A stretch of DNA of 14,608 nt, from the NCBI GenBank assembly GCA_048884785.1, contig JBHLQM010000036.1:18895-33502 (forward strand), in the 5' to 3' direction. The notes beneath the pieces are model-generated. The model had not been told where the DNA came from, searched no databases, and was given only the letters and a program-made list of their open reading frames with translations. Made by a program: the position numbers and the translations under genes. This document shows, one piece after another, positions 8,027 through 14,608 of the stretch (position 1 is its first letter; each line of letters starts with the position of its first letter). The DNA is from Candidatus Thorarchaeota archaeon. Its GTDB lineage: Archaea > Asgardarchaeota > Thorarchaeia > Thorarchaeales > Thorarchaeaceae.

Positions 8027-8866
8027 CTATACAAACCCCGCAGCGACATATGCAACTACGCTCTTTCTATCTCCCGTCACATCACCTGACGTAGTGTACT
8101 TGAACAATCTATAGCCTGTTGCTCCAAGTTCTTTGGCAAAGACAAGAGCAGTCGCGATAGGTCCTGCACCACAAATGCTCACCCGGTGTTCCTTTACAAA
8201 GCTCAGGAATCCTTTCGGATCAAGATACTCCAAATACTCCATGGCTTGATTGTCCTTTATCTTTGCATTCTGAGCGCTTTCGAAATGAGTGAAATCCGAA
8301 CTTGCAATCACTAAAATATCCATTTCATCTGAGAGAGAAGCTATCGATTTTCCAAGCGATTCGACAACTTCATACCTATAGTCTCCCAAGCAAATTGGGA
8401 CGAAGCTTACGTTTTCACCAAAGATATACTGAAGGAAGGGGACTTGAACTTCTATGGAATGCTCTGAGCTGTGAGCAATGCAATCTTCATTGGTGTACTT
8501 GTTCTGTTCAATAATGGCTGGTCCCAGTATAGTATCATACTTGGCTACACCGAGGGGCGTCTTCCAGTCTTGGTTACAGACTGCGACAGGCGCACCATAG
8601 CCTGAGTGATTGGGACCTATGATAACGATGTGATCCGGTTTGCCATCTTCATACAGATTGATGTAGCTATGAGCCGCTGGCATTCCTGAATAGACATACC
8701 CCGCATGTGGAGCTACCAGAGCTTTCAAACTTCTGCTACCTCCAGGTTCGCCTTGTGGAAGTCTTCCTGGACCCATTCCCTTGAGAAAACACTCTTCAAT
8801 TCTCTTGACTAGGATGTCTTGCTGCCCTTCATAGAATCTTCCGGCTACAACAGGGAGTCTTGTCAT
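8027..8866 (-). CDS. amrB: MEMO1-family protein (AmmeMemoRadiSam system protein B)
   Basis: Motifs R.PVVAGRFY, APHAGYVYSG, GPNHSG, EHSIEVQVPF, ASSDFTH and SICGAGP. I placed the start at ATG 8866 (MTRLPVVAG), where family similarity begins, rather than 8947. Confidence 0.92.
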   Translation of the reverse strand: MTRLPVVAGRFYEGQQDILVKRIEECFLKGMGPGRLPQGEPGGSRSLKALVAPHAGYVYSGMPAAHSYINLYEDGKPDHIVIIGPNHSGYGAPVAVCNQDWKTPLGVAKYDTILGPAIIEQNKYTNEDCIAHSSEHSIEVQVPFLQYIFGENVSFVPICLGDYRYEVVESLGKSIASLSDEMDILVIASSDFTHFESAQNAKIKDNQAMEYLEYLDPKGFLSFVKEHRVSICGAGPIATALVFAKELGATGYRLFKYTTSGDVTGDRKSVVAYVAAGFV

Positions 8867-8946
8867 GTATGAAACCCAAGAGATGTAATAGCATTCTCTG
8901 AGAAAAGGATTAGGGTCGAAATCAAATCCGAGAGTATGCCGCGACA

Positions 8947-10257
8947 TTATTTCTTTTTGGAGGATTTTAGGAATTTCAGAAGTCCATCTATTTTGACAGC
9001 TGAGGTTTCCTTTGTCTTCATGTCCCTGACACTCACTTCTTTCTTCTGAATGTCCTTAGGTCCAACAATTACCGTGAATCTAGCGCCTTTCTCGTCTGAT
9101 ATTGATAGAAGTTTTGCAAGGGGCCTTCCAAGCAATTCCATCTCGACGGTGAATCCTTCCTTCACAAGCATGCTAGCAAGGCCAGCGGCTTTAGGAACTA
9201 GCTTTTCATTCAGAGGTGCCAAGAAAACATCTATTCCAGTCGACAGATCGATTAGTCCTTTGTTAGCTATTACAATATCAACAAGGCGGTCAATTCCAAG
9301 AGCAACTCCTGTTGCAGGCGTAGGCGGACCACCGAATTTTTCAATCAGATGGTCATATCTACCTCCTCCAAGGATGGAGCCCACTTCTGGTTTGCCAAGA
9401 TATCGTCCCTCAAAAACTGGTCCCGTATAATAGTCGAGACCACGTGCAAGAGCCATATCGAACTCAACCTGATTCTCAACAGATGCCTCCTGAAATACCT
9501 CGGCCATGACCTTCAGTTCGTTTACTCCGTTAATCCCGATATCTGAATCCTTGAGAATATTCTCAAACTCATCAAGTGTTTTTGCACCAGGACCTCGGAT
9601 ATTTAGCGCATCAAGTAGTATTTCACTTGATTTGGCTGAAATTCCACGTGACGACAATTCGTCAGTCACGCCATCTCTGCCAATCTTGTCAAACTTGTCA
9701 ATGGACCGGAAGCATTCATAGGAAAGATTCTCCTTTACTCCGGCTATCTCTACGAGTCCTCGCAAAACCTTGCGATTGTTGATTTTAATAAGATAGTTGT
9801 CTTTTAGGGTGCGTCTGGCGAATTCCAAAGCAACAAGAACAACCTCTGCATCAGCAACTGGGCTGCTTGCTCCAATTATATCTACATCTGCCTGCATGAA
9901 CTCTCTGTACCTTCCAGCCTGAGGACGATCATACCTCCAAGCTTTTCCAATCGCGTACCGCTTGAATGGTTTTGGCAAATGCGGATTCGATGCGACAATT
10001 CTTGCTAGAGGAACTGTCAAGTCGAATCTAAGGCCAACTTCACGTCCCCCTTTATCCTCGAATTTGAATGTTTCAGACTCAACTTCTTCTCCGCCTTTGG
10101 CAGATAGTGTCTCCCATAACTCCATCACCGGAGAATCAAGAGGCTCATAACCAAAGCGCTTGAAGACCTGCGTTGCCTGGTCAACAATGTAGTTTCTAAC
10201 CAACATCTCATTTCCCATCAGGTCTCTCATACCTCTTACTGTACGCATATCACTCAA
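8947..10257 (-). CDS. hisS: Histidine--tRNA ligase
   Basis: Motifs RGMRD, LRFDLTVPLAR, WRYDRPQAGRYREFMQADVD, LARGLDYYTG and GGGRYD, plus a C-terminal anticodon-binding domain. The start is probably TTG 10257, with AAGGAGG at 10272-10266 upstream. ATG 10248 is an alternative. Confidence 0.96.
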   Translation of the reverse strand: MSDMRTVRGMRDLMGNEMLVRNYIVDQATQVFKRFGYEPLDSPVMELWETLSAKGGEEVESETFKFEDKGGREVGLRFDLTVPLARIVASNPHLPKPFKRYAIGKAWRYDRPQAGRYREFMQADVDIIGASSPVADAEVVLVALEFARRTLKDNYLIKINNRKVLRGLVEIAGVKENLSYECFRSIDKFDKIGRDGVTDELSSRGISAKSSEILLDALNIRGPGAKTLDEFENILKDSDIGINGVNELKVMAEVFQEASVENQVEFDMALARGLDYYTGPVFEGRYLGKPEVGSILGGGRYDHLIEKFGGPPTPATGVALGIDRLVDIVIANKGLIDLSTGIDVFLAPLNEKLVPKAAGLASMLVKEGFTVEMELLGRPLAKLLSISDEKGARFTVIVGPKDIQKKEVSVRDMKTKETSAVKIDGLLKFLKSSKKK

Positions 10258-10280
10258 AATGAAGGCCTCCTTATACTTCT

Positions 10281-10366
10281 CCGGCGACAACATGAGATGG
10301 CACATTGCGTTGAATCATTCCAGAAGTAGATGAACAAATCCACCATCTTTCACTATTTGTCACCAG
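10281..10366 (-). ncRNA. Candidate structured 5' leader (long hairpin) of hisS
   Basis: On the minus strand CUGGUGACAA (10366-10357) pairs with UUGUCGCCGG (10290-10281), and AGAUGGUG (10348-10341) pairs with UGCCAUCU (10302-10295). All four non-Watson-Crick positions are G-U on this strand. The hairpin lies between a TATA-like element and the SD. Confidence 0.45.
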
Positions 10367-10386
10367 TCTCTCTGAATTGCCGACTT

Positions 10387-10400
10387 CTTTAAGTGTTTTG
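10387..10400 (-). promoter_or_regulatory. Putative BRE/TATA promoter for hisS
   Basis: The minus strand reads CAAAACACTTAAAG, an A-rich BRE-like stretch followed by CTTAAAG. The spacing predicts a transcription start near 10362-10368. Confidence 0.45.
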
Positions 10401-10416
10401 CTGGAGGTCCTTCAAC

Positions 10417-11754
10417 CTAAAATGATACAAATGTGCCAGATGCAAGTATGATGATATAGATCACGACACCAATGGCCATAATTAACGAATCGCGCAGCAC
10501 AATCTTTGCCAATCTGGTTTCTCTGTCAGCTTGATACACGAAGATGATTTTATTCATAATGGCCATTGTAGTTGAAATGATGACAGCATATACAGCCGTT
10601 CCCAATGTGATACCTCCACCAGCGAATGTTATTGCGGCAGTCGTTACAACTGCACCCGCATTAACAAGCCCTCCAAATATTGCCACAAAGAGGAATCCTG
10701 CGTCATTGGCAATAACTTGAGCCACCAATGAAATATATAGTATTCCTCCAAATACTGCAGCGAATCTCAATGCTGCTCCAAACTCAAAGGGTGAAACAAG
10801 CCCGGTGTCAATCTCATGACGTTCTGTGGTTTCTAATTTCCTCTGCTCATAAACAAGTCTTCCTACTCCCACCAAAATCAGAATTAGAAATGGAATCAGA
10901 TAATACCCAATGATTTGAAAAGTCGGATCTAGGATTACTACAAGAACTCCATTTCTTAGAACCATGGCTAGGTTTGCGAAAATAGTAGCTACTGAATACT
11001 TGCCGGGGCTCTCTCTCCCAGTTTTTACATATGTATCTGTCAGACTAGTTACAGTTGCTTCACTGTTAGCAAACCCACCAAAGAAACCGAAAAAGTACTG
11101 CCCTTTATCCTTGTATTTCTTCACGAGAAGGTAGTTCGCGAAACTGATGGATAGGAGAATAACAATCAGGAGGTATGTTGTGAATATTGGGAATCCATCA
11201 GGCAAACCAGGTACAGGAACTGTTTGAGGAACCAAAGGCCAAAAGAATAGGATAAGCACTCCAAGCTCTGCTGCACTAATCATCTCATCATGACTAATTC
11301 CTGCTATTGCTGCTGCAAGCTCCTGTTTGAATCCCAAAACAAGGAATGTCAAAAATGCAACAGTCATCGCAAGCACTTGGAGTGTACCAATTAGATGTCC
11401 AGGTTGCGGAACATCTAATCCCACGAGGGTTCCAAGAACAAACGACATAGCAAAAACTATAGTAGTGGTCATCCCTCTTCTCATTGATCGTATTATTTTT
11501 TGATAGAGCTGTACTGCCACCAAGAGAACAGATATTGAAGTAGCATAGACCATGATAATAGGATTTCCTGAAACAACGAACGAATAGGATGCAAGCGTAC
11601 CGAATAAGCTGTGTAGGCCAAATGACCTTATACCAAATGCACTGTCTTGTCTGGCTGTTTTTTGCCGTTCGAGACCAATGAGACCACCAACTGCAAAACC
11701 CACTAGTAATCTGAGGACGAGTTCTGCACTTAGGAACTCTACAGCATTTTGCAT
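10417..11754 (-). CDS. MgtC/SapB-family membrane protein with DUF4010 domain
   Basis: The N-terminus RLLVGFAVGGLIGLERQ...FGIRSFGL is an MgtC-like signature. It is followed by LFFWPLVP, SISFANYL, GGFANSEATVTSL and SPFEFGAALRFA, as in DUF4010 proteins. About 13 hydrophobic segments. Confidence 0.88.
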   Translation of the reverse strand: MQNAVEFLSAELVLRLLVGFAVGGLIGLERQKTARQDSAFGIRSFGLHSLFGTLASYSFVVSGNPIIMVYATSISVLLVAVQLYQKIIRSMRRGMTTTIVFAMSFVLGTLVGLDVPQPGHLIGTLQVLAMTVAFLTFLVLGFKQELAAAIAGISHDEMISAAELGVLILFFWPLVPQTVPVPGLPDGFPIFTTYLLIVILLSISFANYLLVKKYKDKGQYFFGFFGGFANSEATVTSLTDTYVKTGRESPGKYSVATIFANLAMVLRNGVLVVILDPTFQIIGYYLIPFLILILVGVGRLVYEQRKLETTERHEIDTGLVSPFEFGAALRFAAVFGGILYISLVAQVIANDAGFLFVAIFGGLVNAGAVVTTAAITFAGGGITLGTAVYAVIISTTMAIMNKIIFVYQADRETRLAKIVLRDSLIMAIGVVIYIIILASGTFVSF

Positions 11755-11824
11755 AATCGCTCACTTGCCGGAATCACATTTAGGTAGTAGAACGCATTTA
11801 AGGCGTACTATTACGTACACATTC

Positions 11825-11840
11825 AAATGAAAAAATGAAG
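11825..11840 (-). terminator. Putative archaeal T-rich terminator downstream of rpo6
   Basis: Minus-strand CTTCATTTTTTCATTT, 16 nt after the rpo6 stop. Confidence 0.45.
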
Positions 11841-11856
11841 ATGTGGTGGACTTATA

Positions 11857-12576
11857 TTAGTCCAGCCACGTATGCTTTAGCAAAACTGAGAGTGGAACAT
11901 CATAGGTTTCGCCAGTAGGCAATGTTCTTCTCAGAGTCATTGGGAGTACTCCAGAAGCCAATTCCAATTCGGCCAATGCAAACAATCCTGAAGGTGCTTT
12001 GCTTGTATCAACAAGAACAGGAGCTCCCATTGATATCTGCAGAGCCCTGGCTCCAACGATTCTTGCTCTTTCGAATTTGGTCAGCCATTTGGGTCCTGCA
12101 TGGATACCCAGATCGGCCTTCTCCTTTTCCAGGCCTGATGAGAGGGACACTCTTTCGAATGCTTGCTCAATCTCCTCTGTTGGAGGCAGTTCGTGTCTCT
12201 CTGGCTCTGGCTCCTGAGTTTTCTTTCTTTTGGATTTCTTTGATTTCCCTACTAAGTCAATAGCCCCTGCTTCGACTGCCTCTAGGAGAGCCTTCGCCTC
12301 CTCAATGATTGCTTCTGCCTTTGACACACTGAACCCTGAAACTGCTCCGGCTAGTTCTTCCGCATTAGCTTCGGCGATCTTGTCAATTGTGTCATATCCC
12401 TTTTCCACCAGTTTGATGGCATTCTTGGGACCAACACCCTGGATATTTGTAAGAATCTCGGATTTTTCAGCGTCCGTAATCTCCTCGGATTCCTCGGATT
12501 CCTCAGATTCCTCGGACTCTTCATCATCCTCTTCTTCCTGTTCTGCGTCGATTGTCTTTTCGGGGTCTTCTGACAT
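11857..12576 (-). CDS. rpoK: DNA-directed RNA polymerase subunit Rpo6 (K; RPB6/omega homolog) with N-terminal acidic tract and HhH domain
   Basis: The C-terminal ~80 aa carry the RPB6 signature LTKFERARIVGARALQISMGAPVLV...ELASGVLPMTLRRTLP.G. The N-terminal part has an HhH motif (LTNIQGVGPKNAIKLVEKGY). Start is ATG 12576 with AGGTG ~9 nt upstream, or GTG 12588. Confidence 0.93.
   Translation of the reverse strand: MSEDPEKTIDAEQEEEDDEESEESEESEESEEITDAEKSEILTNIQGVGPKNAIKLVEKGYDTIDKIAEANAEELAGAVSGFSVSKAEAIIEEAKALLEAVEAGAIDLVGKSKKSKRKKTQEPEPERHELPPTEEIEQAFERVSLSSGLEKEKADLGIHAGPKWLTKFERARIVGARALQISMGAPVLVDTSKAPSGLFALAELELASGVLPMTLRRTLPTGETYDVPLSVLLKHTWLD
12482..12517 (+). repeat. 4 x 9-bp coding tandem repeat (TCCTCGGAT)
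   Basis: tcctcggat-tcctcggat-tcctcagat-tcctcggac. It encodes the (SEE)4 acidic tract of Rpo6 on the minus strand. Confidence 0.9.
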
Positions 12577-12612
12577 TAGTTGCGACACCTTCGATTGTTC
12601 GTATGATTCTTT

Positions 12613-14250
12613 CTAGTCCTCGTCATCCATGCCGCCTTCGCCGCCTGGTGGGCCGCTAGGTCTGCCTGCACTCTTTGAACTGATGACATCATCTATCTTA
12701 AGAATCATCTGGGCTGCTTCAGCAGCTGACATGACAATCTGTTTGTTTACAAGAGCTGGCTCAATTACACGTGCAGATTTCATGTCTCCTGGCTTGCCTT
12801 TTTCTATATCAACTCCATAAGTGGTTTTTCCTTCCGCATGAGCTGACCTTAGACCCACAATAATATCGATTGGATCGATACCTGCATTCTCGGCAAGTAT
12901 GGCTGGTAGGGATTCAACGGCATCTGCAAAGGCATTTACAGCATATTGCTCTCTTCCCTCAAGCTTGGCTGAGAAGTCTCTGAGACTCTTGCAAATCTCA
13001 CAGGCCAACGCTCCACCGCCGTATGTGATTTTTGGATAGATTACGACGTCTCGGACGACATGGAGTGCGTCATTCAAGGCTCTATCAACTTCATCAACAA
13101 TGTGATCTGTTCCCCCCCTGACCAGTATTGTCGCAACTGCAGATTTTGGAGTACCTTCAACAAAGAGCATCTTGTCTTCACCAATCTGTCTTTGTTGGAC
13201 AAGTTTGGCCTTCCCTAAGTCGGAGCTAGTCAGATTCTGGATTTTTGATACAATGGATGCTCCAGTTGCCTTGTGAAGTCTCTCAACATCTGACTTCTTG
13301 ATTCTTCGAACTGCCAGAATTCCGTTCTTTGCTAAATAGTGTTGAGCTACGTCATCAATTCCCTTCTGGGCGATAACAACATTCGCTCCTGATTCCACTA
13401 TTTTGTCTACCATGCTCTTCAGCATTCGCTCCTCTTCATCAAGGAAGCTCTGCATCGCAGCTGGGTTCGTGATTGAAATCTTGGCATCAAACTCGGTCTT
13501 GGTCACTTCTAGAGCAGCCTCGAGAAGTGCAATTTTTGCATTCTCAATCTTTGTGGGCATACCTGGGTGAATCACTTCTTTGTCAAGAACAAGACCTTTG
13601 ACCATCTCTGTTGAGCTAACAGGCAATCCTTTTTGCTTCTGACGTGGGATGTTTTCCATGTCAATATCTTCATCGCCTTCTCTTGCCTTTGCGACGGCGA
13701 GTATTGCATCCACAACAACCTTTGCCAAATGGTCCCGAGAAGTTGAAACGAACTTGCTTGACATTGCTGTCTTGGCGACATCAATGAGAATCTTCCTGAA
13801 TCCTGCATCTTCGGGATCCACGTTCTCAGACATGTCTTCTATTACTTTGAGCGCGTGTTCAGCGGCTTTCCTGTATCCGCTAATGATTGTTGTTGGATGG
13901 ATCTTTTGATCAAGGAGAGTTTCTGCCTCTTTAAGCAGATTCCCTGCAAGCACAGCGGCAGTTGTAGTTCCATCACCAACTTCTGCATCTACTGTCTTGG
14001 ATACTTCAATGATCATCTTTGCAGCAGGGTGGGCTACATCCATCTCTTTCAGAATGGTGGCACCATCATTGCTGACAGTTACATCACCAAAGGAATCCAC
14101 GAGCATCTTGTCCATTCCTTTTGGACCGAGCGCTGATTTGACTGCTTCAGCAATCACAATCGCAGCCATGATGTTGTTTCTCTGCGCATCACGACCACGA
14201 GTTCGCTCAGTGTCCTCTCTCAACACAATTACTGGTACTTGTTGACTCAT
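12613..14250 (-). CDS. Thermosome (group II chaperonin) subunit
   Basis: 545 aa with [33 protein letters not shown] and ILKIDDVI motifs and a Gly-rich acidic tail. GGAGG lies 7 nt upstream of the ATG. I cannot assign alpha versus beta. Confidence 0.97.
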   Translation of the reverse strand: MSQQVPVIVLREDTERTRGRDAQRNNIMAAIVIAEAVKSALGPKGMDKMLVDSFGDVTVSNDGATILKEMDVAHPAAKMIIEVSKTVDAEVGDGTTTAAVLAGNLLKEAETLLDQKIHPTTIISGYRKAAEHALKVIEDMSENVDPEDAGFRKILIDVAKTAMSSKFVSTSRDHLAKVVVDAILAVAKAREGDEDIDMENIPRQKQKGLPVSSTEMVKGLVLDKEVIHPGMPTKIENAKIALLEAALEVTKTEFDAKISITNPAAMQSFLDEEERMLKSMVDKIVESGANVVIAQKGIDDVAQHYLAKNGILAVRRIKKSDVERLHKATGASIVSKIQNLTSSDLGKAKLVQQRQIGEDKMLFVEGTPKSAVATILVRGGTDHIVDEVDRALNDALHVVRDVVIYPKITYGGGALACEICKSLRDFSAKLEGREQYAVNAFADAVESLPAILAENAGIDPIDIIVGLRSAHAEGKTTYGVDIEKGKPGDMKSARVIEPALVNKQIVMSAAEAAQMILKIDDVISSKSAGRPSGPPGGEGGMDDED

Positions 14251-14336
14251 CGTTTTTCCTCCACGAATTTTAGATAACTATCTCTAATTCCATGTGGCAA
14301 ATAAAACTGTACATGGACTGCGGCTATGCAAGCCGT

Positions 14337-14398
14337 TAAAAACCTTATCTTAGGACTTGAACGGTAGTGCATCGGGAGCGGATTGGGATAAAAACCTT
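14337..14398 (-). promoter_or_regulatory. Two identical TATA-containing 10-mers (AAGGTTTTTA) upstream of the thermosome gene
   Basis: Plus-strand TAAAAACCTT at 14337-14346 and 14389-14398, 52 bp apart, in the intergenic region. Confidence 0.5.
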
Positions 14399-14433
14399 GT
14401 CAACTAGCCATAAACTGAAACCAACTAGTCAAA

Positions 14434-14608
14434 CTACTGTCTTCTCAAAACAACATTATCTCCCACAGCAGTTCCTAGAACTGCTGCAATATGGGGACAC
14501 TTTGCCCTAATCACGTAGTATGTTTCTATATGAAACTCCTTCTGAAAATCAGGAAAACTCTCTACATTTGCCTGCCCTTTTGATATAACAAGATCTGCAC
14601 TCTTGACC
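14434..14608 (-). CDS. DUF89/ARMT1-like damage-control phosphatase, C-terminal fragment (5' part outside the window)
   Basis: Manual translation gives VKSADLVISKGQANVESF...YVIRAKCPHIAAVLGTAVGDNVVLRRQ*. ADLVISKGQ.N.E and AKC..IA..LG are the family's C-terminal motifs. It is not in the ORF track. Confidence 0.85.
   Translation of the reverse strand, partial: VKSADLVISKGQANVESFPDFQKEFHIETYYVIRAKCPHIAAVLGTAVGDNVVLRRQ

Noticed and set aside
8867-8947. 27-aa N-terminal extension of MEMO1 given by the ORF track
   Set aside because: Family similarity begins at MTRLPVVAG (8866), and the extension looks like intergenic sequence.
10258-10305. hisS start at ATG 10305
   Set aside because: HisRS similarity begins near RTVRGMRD, and a strong AAGGAGG lies 8 nt before TTG 10257.
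10254-10346. 30-aa ORF MVDLFIYFWNDSTQCAISCCRRRSIRRPSF whose TGA overlaps the hisS TTG
   Set aside because: It has no recognisable family and no His codons, and a TTG-A start automatically creates such a TGA. It is not supportable as a gene without conservation or ribosome-profiling data.
10281-10366. Assigning the hisS leader hairpin as a canonical T-box, SECIS (with UGA 10317-10315 read as Sec), fluoride riboswitch or tRNA
   Set aside because: There is no T-box antiterminator consensus, no crcB motif and no cloverleaf. HisRS is not a known selenoprotein, and the read-through extension is not HisRS-like.
6671-10416. Identical 10-mer GTCCTTCAAC at 6671-6680 and 10407-10416, both intergenic
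   Set aside because: Many 10-mer matches are expected by chance in 14.6 kb, and the orientation relative to the downstream genes differs.
12230-12616. Ser-rich 128-aa plus-strand ORF, and the other antisense ORFs inside hisS, MFS, rpo6 and thermosome
   Set aside because: They are antisense to well-supported genes. The poly-Ser simply mirrors the Glu/Asp tract of Rpo6.
14466-14486. Perfect 9-bp inverted repeat CAGCAGTTC-CTA-GAACTGCTG
   Set aside because: It lies inside the DUF89 coding sequence (AAVLGTAV), is a single copy and has no U-tract. It is plausibly chance.
1-14608. CRISPR arrays, IS elements, integrases, rRNA or tRNA genes
   Set aside because: I saw no regularly spaced repeats, transposase or integrase motifs, terminal inverted repeats, or RNA-gene signatures. 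The window is almost fully occupied by CDSs.

Overview
This is an archaeal chromosomal segment. The gene content (group II chaperonin, Rpo6, archaeal/eukaryal-type HisRS, MEMO1, COG2150-like ACT regulator) and the TATA-like and GGTGA/GGAGG signals support that. The N-glycosylated surface protein and long Rpo6 suggest an Asgard lineage such as Thorarchaeia, but this is inference only. The left end holds the 5' part of a secreted tandem Ig-like-domain glycoprotein on the minus strand, which the ORF track missed. Divergent from it is a plus-strand cluster: a non-PFL glycyl radical enzyme (GRE), its ferredoxin-insert activating enzyme, a tandem split-barrel (PNPOx-like) protein, a GNAT, an ACT-domain regulator and an MFS transporter. 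The right half is a minus-strand housekeeping run: DUF89/ARMT1-like (3' end only), thermosome, Rpo6 with an acidic plus helix-hairpin-helix N-terminal extension, MgtC/DUF4010 membrane protein, hisS and MEMO1. Three observations stand out. First, the coupled GRE-activase-double split-barrel module has unknown chemistry. Second, the RNA polymerase subunit Rpo6 carries a fused HhH domain. Third, a strand-specific ~86-nt hairpin leader sits directly upstream of the hisS ribosome-binding site. I saw no rRNA, tRNA, CRISPR array or mobile element.
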